Assembly (NCBI RefSeq): GCF_009914755.1
Contig: NC_060925.1
DNA from: the human T2T-CHM13v2.0 reference genome, Homo sapiens
Reading direction: 5' to 3' (one strand)
Length of the DNA stretch: 64,000 nt
Shown: positions 17,010 to 31,243 of the stretch, piece after piece
How the letters are laid out: every line of letters begins with the position of its first letter
How positions within the stretch are numbered: the stretch's first letter is position 1
Made by a program: the position numbers and the translations under genes
The notes under the pieces: model-generated
Database searches by the model: none
Told to the model about the DNA's origin: nothing
The model's input: the letters and a program-made list of their open reading frames with translations, nothing else

Positions 17010-17680
17010 AAATTCATGAAGCATTGATGAAGTGTCTATTATATGGAAGATACTCAGGTTCTTCACCACAAAGATGGCTAAGACGCATGCTCATCCCCCA
17101 AGATGCCCATGTTAAAGTGGGGGGCAGGGACATAAAGATGTAATATATATATAGATGATTGTGAAATGATATGGACGAGATTCAATCAAAGAAAAGATGT
17201 TCTTGAAAAGCAAATCTCCCACCATGATTAAGAGTCTGACTAAGAATATGGGAATGAACGTGATAGGCAGTGGGCTGAGAGATGTGCAAATAAATGCTGT
17301 GTTCTAGGAACCATGTATAGTTAAATAAGGCTGAGCATAGACATGAGAGAGATGGGGAGTGGAAGGAGGGCAGGCTGTAAGGGTGAGAACCATACCACAA
17401 ATGAGACCATGCTAGGGAATCAGACTTGATTTTACACATGATGGGCTGCTTTTGGAGTGTGTTTATTTTAGATGAATTATTCTGTAGCAACAGTGCAGAA
17501 GAGATATTTGAAAGGGGCAACAGTGGAGGCAGGAAAACCAGTTAGGAAGTGATTGTTGTCATCTGAGCTGGATAGGATGAAGCTTTAGATTGGGTCCATA
17601 GCGATAGAGATGGAGGAGAGAAAATTTAGAGAAATATTTATTAAATGTACGTGATATGGAGAGTTCTAAATGTTTACCTT
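17010..17680 (-). mobile_element. L2 LINE fragment
   Basis: Purine-rich L2 antisense motifs, e.g. gtggaggcaggaaaaccagttaggaagtgattg and accatgctagggaatcagacttgatt. Confidence 0.72.
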
Positions 17681-17684
17681 GAGC

Positions 17685-18130
17685 AGCAGGAACAGATGCA
17701 GATTTTGTGGGGCCTGAAAATAAAGTAAAATTATTAATTCAAAAGCAGGTATGAAAGTAAATATTTATTTAAAATGAGAGAATAAATCACAAGGTTACAC
17801 ACTTTAATAAAATGACAAGCCACAAACCTCACAAAATTGAGAAAAAGAAATGTATTTTATATAAGCACAAACTCAGTATTTCTTCAGTTCAACTTTCCTT
17901 TAGCCATATTCCAAAACTATCTGTACTCATTCTAATATCTCCCAACGTGAAGAAATATGATAGAGATGAAATCAGAATTCAAAGAGAATCAGGAGTGAGC
18001 AAGATACATCCCAGAACCTTTGTTCCTGGTGGTAAATTAAGCAATCATGTCTGGCGAAAGTCAGCACTTGTTATTTCTTATCTGCGTAAAATATTTTCCA
18101 TTTTAAACCAAGAAGACTCTGAATTATCGG
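17685..18130 (+). mobile_element. hAT DNA-transposon fossil (MER53-related)
   Basis: cagatgcagattttgtggggcctgaa...aggtatgaaagtaaatatttatttaaaatgagagaataaatcaca resembles the MER53-type terminus. Right boundary uncertain. Confidence 0.5.
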
Positions 18131-18619
18131 GAATTACATGTTTTTGGCCATAAGAGTGGAATAATGACTGTAATCATTAACAGTAAGGAGTGAGGGAGGC
18201 TACTCAATGAGGAAAGAAATGTGTAACATTGCTTCACTTAGGAATATTATCCCCCTCTGCTATTCACTCTTTTAGTGCCTTCCTGAATAGAATATCCTCC
18301 AATATTCAGATACAATGGGCTCTAGCATACTCTTTAAGAACCAAAATCTTGAAATCTATAATGAATCAATGCAGATAAACTTTTCTGAACTTTAATTAGA
18401 TTTTTATCTATTTGATGTCTATGCACAGAAACAAGATAGCAAAACTAAGAATAAATAGGATTTTATAAATTGTTTTATTTAAAGAATAGCAAATATTAAC
18501 TTTAGAGTATTAATTCCTGTGATTTCCTTGATATTTTTTAAGACAATCAGTGATTCCTATGAGAAATGTGGCAAGACTGGTGAAACATGCCATCTTTTAA
18601 GCTTTCTGTTCTTCCTTTG

Positions 18620-18860
18620 AGAGACAGCCCAGCATAGGGATTAATGCAGGAACCATGGAGTTTGACTGATTTAGTTGGACTCCAGGCTGCTTACTGGTTA
18701 TATTCTACTTAACCTTTATTTGCCTCAGTTTCTTCATCTGTTAAATAGGGATAAAATGACACCTACCTTACTGGGTTATTGAGTGGATTATAGGTGTTAA
18801 TATATGAAAATATCTTAGAAGCAATGCCTGGCTTCTAAGGTGGCTGTTATTGTTGTTATC
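18620..18860 (+). mobile_element. MIR SINE
   Basis: cttaacctttatttgcctcagtttcttcatctgttaaatagggataaaatgacacctacct core. Confidence 0.78.
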
Positions 18861-20559
18861 CAAAGAGAAGGAAACATAATTTTCCTTAGACTAGCCTAGA
18901 AGTCCCTGTACAACTGAGTCAGTCAGATCTCCAGACTTTATTCCTAGCTACTATACCAGGTATGCTGAGCTCCAGCCCAGTGTTGCTCAGTGTGTTCCAT
19001 ATGGATGTTCTGAGATAATTTGTTATGCCCAGTAAGTGTAGAGCTGAATTAAATATTTTAGAGGTGGCAGAAAGTTCCATATAGTTTTTCATGCTTTAGA
19101 CTCATAACTCCAAGGCTATATGGATGGTCTCTGAAGATGATGGGGCAATATCCTTTCTATCTGTTACCGTGAGCTTTCACTGAACATGACCATAATTGAC
19201 TGTGCTAAGACTTTGGCCTTTCCTACTTTTGTGGTATAAGTTCAGACCCTTTGAAGAAGCAGTTCATAAATGCAATTAAATAAATTTCACCCCAACATTA
19301 GCTGTCCTGTCCTGACAAGGGAAGTGTTGCTTGTTTACTTAGCACTTGTGTCTTGTTAATACTGGTGATGGCCATCTGTGGGTATGAAGAGCTAATGGCT
19401 GTTAAGTGACAGACGAATCATTTCCACAGAGCATGCATACACGTTCTTTCTTTGGATGGCGTCTACAGTTTGTCCTTGGCAGACCATTGCTATTTTCAGA
19501 CTTGCTTCCAGTATCCTCTTGTATGTGTTGCCTCACAGTAACTTGTCACTTCACTTAAGCAGAAAGCTCACGGTTCTCTCATTGCTGTACCTCCTGTACT
19601 AGCCTCTGAATGCAATGTTTGGGTGACTGCCATTATCACTTCCTTTGGCTTTTGATCACTAAACTTCCATTATCCAGGCATCACTTGTATTTATGAGTAA
19701 ACTTTTCCTTTTGCACCACCCCCATACTCCAAGTCTTATAGATGAGCCATTTCCTGACAGCTAAGGAGCAATCAACTCCACTGTCCTCCTACATAATAAT
19801 GAATAATCTTTTCTTGCAGTCAATAAAACAGGCTCCCACGATCATATCCTTTTATGACTTGGGGATGCTGGTGAAAAATCTTGACCAGATATTATTTGAT
19901 TTGGGAGAATAGAGCAATGTAAATATGGCATTCAATATGCTTTAAAATAATTATCTGGAAGGTGTAACTTTCATGCTAAACATGATTTACACTACAAAGA
20001 AAGTAGTCTAGGAGAAATAAACCACGGAACTTGTGGGCATTTTGTAATTGTCTAATCTAGCTCCTTTATTTTATAGTTGTGGATGCTGGGGCCAAGTAGA
20101 GATGACTTTCTCAAGGGCACATAGTCAAGGAGCAGTGGAGATGCTGGAATAGAGTCTTCTGATTCACAGCCTATTACTCTTCATTCTCGGATGTTTTATA
20201 ACTGATAATATCTTTGAAAATATCTAAATATTTTTGTTTGGGAGGCTACTTGAGATCACTTCCTTTTCACTGATAGGTCAGAGGACACACAAGAAGTCCA
20301 CTCTTAACATATCAGTAAGTGAGTGATGGATGAAGTGAAGAGGTAAGTGTAGACACCTCCATTTTTAAGTTACATTGTTGGGGAGATGGGAAGAAATGCT
20401 TAATGAATTAGCTCTCCGTCTTTAGTCAATCTATCTACTATGATTTATCCAGTAATGCATTGGCCCCCGGAACTTGGTGCTTTTACATCTAGCACATCTC
20501 CATATCTTATATTTGAGTAAACTTTTAAATATTTATTAATTGTTATTCTGAGAGTGGAA

Positions 20560-20720
20560 ATATCGTAAGTGTAGAATAAGGAGATTAGGCTCTACTCTAA
20601 ATTCTATTGTGAACCTGAATCCTAATCATGACAAAGTCACTACTCTTTGCCTCAGTTTCTTCACATGTAAAATTGAGGTGCTGCTTTAAATAGCATCATC
20701 TAAAATTCATTTCAGATATT
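20560..20720 (+). mobile_element. MIR/MIR3 SINE
   Basis: aagtcactactctttgcctcagtttcttcacatgtaaaattgagg. Confidence 0.6.
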
Positions 20721-22590
20721 GTGAATGGAAAAGCTACAATCTCTGAATGTTACAACTGTCAGGTCAGTTACCCTCATGGATTTCATACATTTCCCATGCC
20801 TGGTTGTTGGCAGAGGGAAAAGAGTGGGAGTGTGGTGTCTGTGTTAGTATTGCCAGCTGATGGGCTTTAAAACAGGAGTAGTATGGTTTGAGTAACAAAA
20901 ATACCTTCTTAGGATGCCTCACCAAATAATAGAGGGTGCTGAAGAGAGTATCTAAGTAAGAGACCTGGCTATTTCTGGAGGTTTTTCAACTAGACCTACG
21001 TTTAATATTTAAAAACATGAAAACTCATGTAATTAACATGTAACTTATTTGTATTAAAATTAGTATGCTGACATGATATTTTCTAAAACTGGGCCACATA
21101 TGCATGGATTTCCTAAATAATCCTTCAAGAGAATAGAGCAGGAAATGAAGTGATATGCCCATTTGCAGTGTGGTATGGGGCTTCCTGAATGTATAAATGT
21201 GGAAGGCAGCAAGGTGGGGTTGGATACCAGTAATGCCAAGAACTTAATTTCAGCATTTCAACCACCGTGTACATCCTCAAAATGCCTTTCACTTTAATTT
21301 TGTATAAATACGAATTGGATCCCGGGTTACCTTTTGCTTTAGAGATGAAAAAAATGTATTTACGTTTCCCACACAACTGCTAGGAATTAAAGTAGTGTGA
21401 AAACTCCACACAAATAAATAATACATTTAAAACTATTTTTAGAAGAATAATTCAAAAAGACAGTAGTTTTGGGACATAGGCAACAAAAAGTCCCTTTTAC
21501 CTAGGTTTCTTTGATTCAGAGATTCAGCATACGGATTTATGGAGACAGATTATATCCTCAACAAATTAAAGAATACAGGATATACACTGTTGTCTAATAT
21601 AATATGAGGAAACTTTAAAATTTATTTCCATGAATTCTATGTTCAATTGGAAATATATGTTCAATTGAGTATCAGTAGAAAAATCTATTGTTTTTACTAA
21701 TGACTCAGCTGCTTAAATGATCTATTGTATCGGTGGCCAGTGGCAGGAAGGAGGCTCTGTGCAGTATTGTTGTAACCATGACATTAGTGACATCATTTAG
21801 CAGAAATAGAATTTGGGACATTTGGAAAACAAAGCAGTGGCCTCTTGGCTCAACTTTGTGAGAACCTAATAAATTCTAAGAAAGTATAATGGACAGTGTT
21901 GATTTCTCCATATATATTTAGTGATTTTACATGTATGCACACACACACACCTACATACATAAAGTATTTCATTTAAATTTACCTACTAATGTATGATATT
22001 CGCAATGCCGTATAGACTTTGGGAAGAATGTTAATCTTGTATTGCAAAGCCATGCTCTACTTTAAAAGCAATGCCTCCAGATGTACAGCATACTTAACAG
22101 GGCCAAGAAAACATGTAACGTTGATTCTGTTCTGAGATACACCTTTGTTAAAAAGAATCCCTTCAGTTTTTCCTGTCTGACTAAAAATGATGAAAGGCAG
22201 GGTATCCTGAATGGCTGTGTTAGAACATCGAGGTATTGGAGATCCGTGAAGGAGCATCATCGTTACTATAGAAACAAATGCTGCCCCTGTCATGGACATC
22301 CAAAGGACAGACTGAAAAATGAGGAGGGGAAAAGCAATGGGAGGAAGAGGTGCCATGAAATGAGAATAAAGAAACTACACAGGAAGGACTGAATTAAGAA
22401 AAGAACAGCCTGAGGCAGAGTGAGGAATCTAGACACAGAAAATTCCCAATGGAAATGTAAAAAACTGGATCACCACTTGTGTGGGTACAAAGAAATGATG
22501 ACTTTTCTGTTTTTAAAAGTTAAATTTTCTTCTAAAGTATAAGTATGTTTTTGCCTTTGGAACAACTTTTTGTATCCTGAAGTCTCTCTT

Positions 22591-22681
22591 ATGGCACATG
22601 TATACATATGTAACAAACCTGCACGTTGTGCACATGTACCCTAAAACTTAAAGTATAATAATAATAAAATTAAAAAAAATT
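22591..22681 (+). mobile_element. L1PA4-like 3' stub (~90 bp)
   Basis: atggcacatgtatacatatgtaacaaacctgcacgttgtgcacatgtaccctaaaacttaaagtataataataataaaattaaaaaa is nearly identical to 39481-39570. Confidence 0.95.
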
Positions 22682-23284
22682 AAATTTGAAAGAAAACAAA
22701 ATAAGTGAAAGTATTGAAGATTGTGATAGAAAATGTGTTTGAATAATGAGTATTAGAATCTGTGACAAGTCACTCGACCTCACCTTAAAATAGGGAAACT
22801 AATAGCAACCTCATGATTATTGGGTCAGTATAGGAGAGAACCAAATTCAAACCCTGCTCCATGGAGTGAACATTTCTATTTTGGGGGAAAGATTAGGGAA
22901 CGGAATCTGGGAATATAAATTATTCATTTTAGTATTTCAGAATGAAGAGAAAAGAGAAGATTTCTTTTCCTTTATTCCTCTCGCTGAAAAAGAATAATTT
23001 GTTCATGTTTGAAGACTGTGAACAGAGGTAGAAAACATTTATTATATTTATGTAAATATATAATTAGATGACAGTTTACAAAGTGAATGAATAGATGCTA
23101 TTAAAATGCTACTTTTGACCTTCAAAAACATCTCAAATAGGGTTGATATTATTTGGTTATTTGCTGATTTGGATAAATTGCCAAGCAGAATTTTATATCA
23201 AGAATAGAAGATATAACGTTTTTCTATAACATTTGATATGTTTTCTGGAAATGTTTACTTATAGATTATTATCACTCATGTATT

Positions 23285-23620
23285 GTGGTAGACAAGGTGA
23301 TGTAGCATCCAGATACCTCTTAAAAGAAACACTTCCCAGCTCCTGCCTTTTTATCCAAAGTCATACTATTCACTCCTTAGGGCAGCCTACTTTCATAGCT
23401 GATGAAGGTTGGGGTATAAAGGTATGGCCATCTTCTGAGGTTCTGTTGGGTTTACCAAGGTGGTGGTGGGGCCTGCATTGAAGCTCAGCTTTTCTTCTGC
23501 CAGTCCTGCTTCTTCCTCATCCCTTTCATGTTGTTGAGTCCAACAAGACAGTTCTTAATAAACATCCTGCATGCTAAACTTCAATTCACAGTCTGATTTC
23601 TAGAGAATACAACTGGCATC
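23285..23620 (+). mobile_element. ERVL solo LTR (LTR16 family)
   Basis: TG start. The 3' end cagtcctgcttcttcctc...aataaacatcctgcatgctaaacttcaattcacagtctgatttctagagaatacaactggcatca matches the LTR16 3' signature. Confidence 0.72.
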
Positions 23621-24944
23621 ATATACTTTACTATTACAAGTAAAATATCATATGGATAAATATTTTCTATTTGAAATGTCCGTAAAGTTTTACTTTTAAA
23701 ATCAGTTTTCACATGTATGCATAGCTTCAGATTACCTGTACTATCCTTTAAAAATTCACAAAGAAAGCTAAAAATGCTTGCAAAAATTGTTAGCTCATGT
23801 TTTATATGCAGAATCTTAGTGACTAAGGAATTTTAAGAAAATATTTATAATGATAGGGTTTCAGGAGACCCTAGAGATCGCATCAAACCCACTTGTACAG
23901 ATAACAAAGCTGGAGCCTAGAGGGCTAAGAGGACTCTTTCAAGGCCATGCCAGGGCTTAGAACACAAGAAGTCCTACTACTGCTTTAGCTTTCTGTGTTC
24001 AGGGACCGAGTTTTTTTTTTTTTTTTGCCTTTCTTCTCTCTTTTCTTTCCTCTTCTGTTTCTTTAACCTAATTTGCTTCCTCATGTTCGTAAGCCACAGC
24101 TGTTTCCCAGAACTGTGAAATCCTTTCCGAGAAATGATTAGGAGTGTGATGTGTGTAGGGTGGTATAGAGAGAGCACCTATAACTCCTGTAATTCTGTCA
24201 ACTTGTAACTGTGCTTAAAATTTATCAAATTAGAGGGTGTTTTCTGAGCCTCATGACACTAGCGGTTTTCCCAGATGAAGTGAATGTTACCCAGGTTTCC
24301 TCTGAGAATCCAGAAGGCAGGCTGATGGGCAGCTTCTTCATTTTACATTCGAGACTACACATTTGTACCTTCCTCCCATGAGCACAAAAAAAGTATTCAA
24401 TATTTCTTAGGCATTAGATGTAATAAAGTGTCATTAGGAGTTTTATAGTGTAGAAAAATGTATTATTTCCGAGCCCATTTTAGTCTTTCTATGTGGGAGA
24501 CAGTGTATTTACTGCTAAACATGTTCTACAGTATATGGCCTGAATATATTCTGCAGTTATCTCATATCTAAGCAGGTATTTAAGTAGTTGAGATCCATTT
24601 ATCTTTCCTGAAATGCCTTAATAATATTTTATAACTCATTAGCGTGTACAAAATACTTTTACGTATGTGTATTAAATGTTTGTTGAATAAATTATACATG
24701 TTCTTATATTCAGACATTAGAAAAGAAAGTTATGTAATAATCTCACTTAATTTAAGCCTCAATCTATGAAGTAAATATTATCTTCTCCATTTTCCAATAA
24801 GAAATCTAAGAATCTGCAAGTTTAAGTTCTGATAACCACTGGCTTACATTTTCTGTTTATCATGTCCCAGACATGTTCTAGGAGCTTTATGTGTATTAAC
24901 TATTTCTTTGAACAACCCAGCTGAAGTTGGTACCATTATTATCA

Positions 24945-25473
<529 letters not shown>

Positions 25474-25755
25474 AATCCAGGTTGTGTGCTCAAGGACCTA
25501 CACTTTTAAGCACCTAGCTCTTCTGTTTCTCATGCAGAAGGCGGTGGATCCAGGGTTTGAACCCTCATTGAGTGACTCTGAAGCTTGTGCTTTTATATTT
25601 CCATCATGTTGCCGTGATTTGTATTTTAATACAAATATATCACAAAAAGTGATCATAGATTACTAACGTGTAATATGTTTGGATAGGTAATCATATACCA
25701 AAGCCTTATACATTTAGTTAGACAGGAACATGCATTCGGATATTTGTCATGATTC

Positions 25756-25992
25756 TTTTGTAAACAGCTTTATTGGGGGGATAATTGATAGCAAAAAAGC
25801 ACATATTTTAGGTATACAATTTGGACATATCCATACACCCATGTAACAGTCACTATAACCAAGTTAAAAAACATATTTATCAGCTCCAAAAGTTTTCTCA
25901 TGCCCCCACCTTTTAGTAAGTTCTAGATATCTGTTCAACATAGTGCCTATATCTTGTGCTCTTTAAAAGTTGTTAGGAGAGTAGATCTCATG
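25756..25992 (-). mobile_element. Old L1 (L1MA10/L1MB-like) 3' end with an inverted 5' piece
   Basis: 25756-25907 is the antisense 3' terminus (aaacagctttattg...ctccaaaagttttctcatg). 25915-25992 is a sense piece (taagttctagatatctg...caacatagtgcctata...gtagatctcatg) from just upstream in the same 3'UTR. Confidence 0.7.
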
Positions 25993-26744
25993 CTTTCATT
26001 CCTAATTGGCTTCGTCTCATTTGACAATTGGCTGTTTAATTTTTCTTACACTTCAGTTTCTCCCAAAAGCCTATTCCCTATTTTCCATAAGTTACTACAG
26101 ACTTGTAGTACAGATTGATATTTTATTCTTCCCTTTCCCATAGTTCACTCCTGAATGATATCTTTCTCATGTGTACCCTACTTCAACTTCACTTTCCCTG
26201 ATGGGTCTGAAATATATGATGTATACATTCAGTATCCACAGATACCTGCCAGTTTCCTCTTCTGTCATGGTTCCTCCTTATCTATAGGCCCTTCCTTCTC
26301 AAAGTGTTATTGTTTCCCTAATCCCAACTCCTCACATCTCTTCAGTTTCATGACATCTTCCTATAATATTGTGCCGATAAAACTGCCTTCAGATTGGAGA
26401 GAAGGGAGAAATCAGTGTAAACTAGTGTTGTCATGGACACCTTTATAGAGGTGATATTAGTCAAACTGCGTTTTAAAGAGTGCAAATGCGATTTAGATGA
26501 GCATCAGTAATATCAAAGTCTTGATTTTACTGATTTAGATTTGAAGGAAGATTACATCTAGGAACTAAGGAATATTAAATTAGTCTTTCTTTTTTATTTC
26601 ATGAACTTAATCATGAGTGAACTACTAGCTGACTTATGCAATTTCTAGACTCTGTCTTTGAAGGCAGTGTTCTTAAATTGTGGAGGCACATGGTGCTTAA
26701 TTGTATTGGAGGTTGGCTTTGCATTGTAAAGAGCATGTTTGCGT

Positions 26745-26915
26745 AACGCTTATCAGGTGAGTTACTTTTGGCTGGCATTTATTTAACTTCCTTGAGCCTC
26801 GATTATCTTTTGGCTAGCCAAACTTACCATGTAGAGTTGTTGTAAGAATAAAAATAGATAAAGGATTAATAAAATAGCTAGTTTAGTGCCTGGCACATAG
26901 TAGCTATTATTAGTC
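26745..26915 (+). mobile_element. MIR SINE
   Basis: tttaacttccttgagcctcg...agagttgttgtaagaataaa...gtttagtgcctggcacatagtagctattatt. Confidence 0.68.
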
Positions 26916-27772
26916 TTACCTAAAAAGTTGTTATTCTGTTCATGGATGAAAGCAATTGATTTTCTACTTCTTTCAATACTCTGATGAGATAACAAGTACA
27001 TGAGAATGGATGACTGTGGTTAGTATTGTAGGTCAGGAATAAGAAATTATTTTTAAACTCATCCCACTCTTTCCTTCTATAGCAACTCCTTCTTTGTCTG
27101 GATTGAGATTTAAGTAGATGCTTTTCTCCAGTGCTTCAGTACTGAATGTTTAAGAATGCCAGGTATTTTAATTTAAAAGCATACTTTTTCATCAAAAATG
27201 ATGCATTAAAAATATTAATGTTAACAGTAGATAAAATTTTGAGATATAAATATAGCACACTCTGAAAAAATTTTTCATTTAAGCATGTTGATATGTTAGA
27301 TGTTAGATTGAGGTAGACAGAGGGTTTGTGATTACTTGTTTTGTCTACAAAAAGGTAGCTATCAGAAATGTTCAATATTGTTCACATTCATATTTCAACA
27401 GAACTACCACTTTTGGTAAATACCAATATGTGTAATATTTTCTGGCTACACTTCCCTAGAACAAAATTTATATTTTTCCCATAATTGATTTAACTTCATT
27501 ATTTGAATATATCTTATAGTCAGGTATGTAGGTGATGCTTACTTTATTTATGCTACTAACTTTTTTTAAATTTACTTATTGAACAGTGCTTTTCAGGCTA
27601 ATGGGGCCTCTGGAGGCAATAAGAAATAGCTGGGAAAAATAGATGAAATGTTTCATTTTAATTTCAATTGTTATTTGCATGCAATTTATTTTCTTTCAGA
27701 CCTTTTCTCTATTACAGAAGTTATGGGGGTTGGAGGGAGAGAAAGGCAACGAGAGAGAGATGTGTGTAAAAT

Positions 27773-27917
27773 TGCCTTTCCTGGCTGTGGTCAGAAGGGC
27801 ATATGACTGTGGAAGAATGGTCAGAGACATGCAATGCTAATTGCTTTGAAGGTGGAGGAAGGTGGCCAGGAGCCAAAGAATGAAGGCAGCATCTAGACAT
27901 GGAGAAAGCAAGGAAAT
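27773..27917 (+). mobile_element. MLT1D-like LTR internal fragment
   Basis: Paralogous to 28129-28270. Confidence 0.7.
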
Positions 27918-27923
27918 TTTATA

Positions 27924-27945
27924 TCTATCTATCTATCTATCTATC

Positions 27946-27992
<47 letters not shown>

Positions 27993-28013
27993 ATCTATCT
28001 ATCTATCTATCTA
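27924..28013. repeat. Compound tetranucleotide STR (TCTA)5 TCA (TCTA)11 TCA (TCTA)5
   Basis: Counted directly from the sequence. Confidence 0.97.
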
Positions 28014-28015
28014 TA

Positions 28016-28445
28016 TCCTTACTTGGGAAGAAACTTTGTGGATATGATTAAAGATATGGAGCTTGAGATGGGTTATATGATTGTGATCAGTCTAATCACA
28101 TGAATCTTTAAAAGTGGAAGACCTTTTATGCCTTTCCTGGCTGTGGTTAAAGAGAGGTGACTACAGAAGAATCATCAGAGACATACAATATTGATGGCTT
28201 TGATGATGGAGGAATGTGATCATGAGTCAAGAAATGCAGGTCATGTTTGGAAGCTGGAAAAGGTAAGGAAGTAGATTCTCCCTTAGGGTCTCCAGAAAGG
28301 AACATATCCCTGCTGATACCTTGACTTTTACCCAGTGAAACCTGTGTCATATTTCTGACCTCCATAAATGTAAGAGAATACATTTGTGTTGTTTAAGTCA
28401 CTAACTTTGCAGTAATTTATGACAGCAGCAATAAAAACTAATACA
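28016..28445 (+). mobile_element. MLT1D-like MaLR LTR
   Basis: gaagctggaaaaggtaaggaagtagattctccc...ctccagaaaggaac...tgtgttgtttaagtcactaactttgcagtaatttatgacagcagcaataaaaactaataca terminus. Confidence 0.85.
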
Positions 28446-28939
28446 TGTGTACATTTCAGATTGTATTGAAGGAAATAAATATATTTTCGTTGTTTTGAAT
28501 GTATGTATATTCATCTCTAGCATAATCTGTAGTAATATAAGCTTAAATTATCATCCCCTACCCAAGACAAATTTATTTATAGGAGTCCCCAGTTTGGTGC
28601 ACCATGAACTTGCATAGAGGGAACTCTTTCCTTATTTCAAAGGATATTTACTGAGCACTTAGTATACACCAAGTGCTAAGTGCTGGATATACTGTAAATA
28701 ATAATAGACATGTTTCCCACTCTTACTACATTATTGCAACATTAGTCATTACTAGTTCTGCCATTTTTTCTCATTTTTAGATTGTGCTAAAAAGGAGGAA
28801 ATACTAAAAGAGTATTGTACTAAAAGAGTCCTTGGATAAGGGCCTCTTTCTTTCTTGGTTTGCAGTTAGCACTGTTCCAACAGTATGAAGACATAAACAA
28901 TTTTTAAAGAATGGAAGCCTTTTTGAGGCTAATACATAT

Positions 28940-31243
28940 TATATTCGTTCATTTTCATGCTGCTGATAAAGACATACATGAGACTGGGCAATTACAAAAG
29001 AAAGAGGTTTATTGGTCTTACAGTTCCACATGGCTGGGAGGCTTCACAATCACTGGGGGAAGGTGAAAGGCAAGGAGGAGCAAGTCACGTCTTACATGGA
29101 TGGCAGCAGGCAAAGAGAGACCTTGTGCAGGGAAACTCCCATTTTTAAAACCATCAGATCTTGTGAAACTTATTAACTGTCACCAGAACAGCAAGGGAGA
29201 GACCTGCTCCCATGATTCAGTTATTTCCCACCGGGTCCCTCCTACAACATGTGGGAATTATGGGAGCTATAAGATGAAATTTGGGTGGGGACACAAAACC
29301 AAACCATATCATTCTGCCCCTGGCCCTTCCCAAATCTCATGTCTTCACATTTCAAAATCAATCATCCCTTCCCAACGGTCCCCCAAAGTCAACCCATTTC
29401 AGCATTAACTCAGAAGTCCACAGTTCACAAAGTCTCATCTGAGACAAGGCAAGTTCCTTTCGCCTATAAGCCTGTAAAATCAAAAGCAAGCTAGTTACTT
29501 CCTAGATACAATGGGGGTACAGCTATTGGGAAAATACACCCATTCATAATGGGAGAAATTGGCCAAAACAAAGGGGCTACAGGCCCCATGTAAGTCTGGA
29601 ATCCAGCAGGGGAGTCAAATCTTAAAGCTCCCAAATGATCTCCTTTGACTTCATGTCTCACATCCAGGTCATGCTGATGGAAGAGGTGGGTTCCCATGGT
29701 ATTGGGCAGCTCCACTCCTCTGGCTTTGCAGAGCACAGCCTTCCTCCCAGCTGCTTTCATGGGTTAGCATTGAGTGTCTGTGGCTTTTCCAGGTGCTTGG
29801 TGCAAGCTGTCAGTGGTTCTACCACTCTGTTGTCTAGAGGACGGTGTCCCTCTTCTCACAGCTCCAATAGGCAGTGCCCCAGTAGGGACTCTGTGTGGGG
29901 GCTCTGACTACACATTTCCCTTCTACACTGGCCTAGCAGAGGTTCTCCATGAGGGCCCTGCTCCTGCAGCAAACTTTTGCCTGGGCATGCAGGCATTTCC
30001 ATACATCCTCTGAAGTCTAAGCAGAGGTTCACAAACCTCAGTTATTGATGTCTGTGCACCTGCAGACCCAACACCATGTGGAAGCTACCAAGGCTTAGGA
30101 CTTGCACCCTCTGAAGCCATGGCCTGAGCTGTACCTTGGCCCCTTTTAGTCATGGCTGGAGAGGCTGGGATGCGGGAACCAAGCCTAGGCTGCACACAGC
30201 ACAGGGGGCCTGGGCCCGGGCCATGAAACCATTTTTTCCCCCTAGACCTCCAGTAAAGGAGGGGGAGGGGCTGCCATGAAGATCTTTGAAATGCCCTGGA
30301 GCCATTTCTTCCATTGTCTTGGGGATTAACATTTGACTCCTCATTATTTACACAAATTTTTGTAGCTGGCTTGAATTTCTCCTCAGAATATGGGATTTTC
30401 TTTTCTATCACATTGTCAAGCTGCAAATTTTTTGAACTCTTATGCTCTGCATCCCTTATAAAACTGAATGCCTTTAATGGCACACAAGTCACCTCTTGAA
30501 TGTTTCGCTGCTTAGAAATTTTTTCCACCGTATACCCTCAATCATCCCTCTCAAATGCAAAGATCCACAAATCTCTAGGGCAGAGGCAAAATGCCACCAG
30601 TCTCTTTGCTAAAACATAACAAGCATCACCTTTGCTCCAGTTCCCAACAGGTTCCTCATTTCCATCTGAGACCACCTCAGCCTGGACCTTACTGTTCATA
30701 TCACTTTCCTCAAAGCCATTCAACAAGTCTCTAGGAAGTTCCAAGCCTTCCCACATTTTCTTGTCTTCTTCTGAGCCCACCAAACTGTTCCAACCTCTGC
30801 CTGTTACCCAGTTCCAAAGTCGCTTCCACATTTTCAGGTATCTTTTCAGCAGCCCCCCACTCTACTGGCACCAATTTGCTGTACTAGTCTGCTTTCATGC
30901 TGCTGATAAAGACATACTGGAGACTGGTCAATTTACAAAAGGAAGAAGTTTATTGGACTTACAGTTCCACATGGCTGGGGAGGCCTCACAATCATGGAGG
31001 TAGGTGAAAGGCACATTAAGTCACATCTCACATGAATGGCAGTTGGCAGAGAGCTTGTGCAGGGAAACTCTCATTTTGAAAACCATCAGATCTTGTGAGA
31101 CGTATTCACTATCATGAGAATAACGCAGAAAAGACCTGCCCCCATGATTCAATAACCTCCCACTGTGTCCCTCCCCTAACATGTGGGAATTATGGAGGCC
31201 ACATGCTGAAATTTGGGTGAGGACACAGAGCAAAATCATATCA
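28940..31243 (-). mobile_element. Full-length THE1B MaLR provirus (3' LTR 28940-29311, internal 29312-30879, 5' LTR 30880-31243)
   Basis: Two ~365-bp LTRs in direct orientation flank a 1.57-kb internal region with degenerate MaLR ORF remnants. 5-bp TSD catat at 28935-28939 and 31244-31248. Confidence 0.95.

Noticed and set aside
22057-22392. Overlapping ~100-aa ORFs in non-repeat DNA
   Set aside because: No recognisable domain or convincing splice context; this length is reachable by chance.
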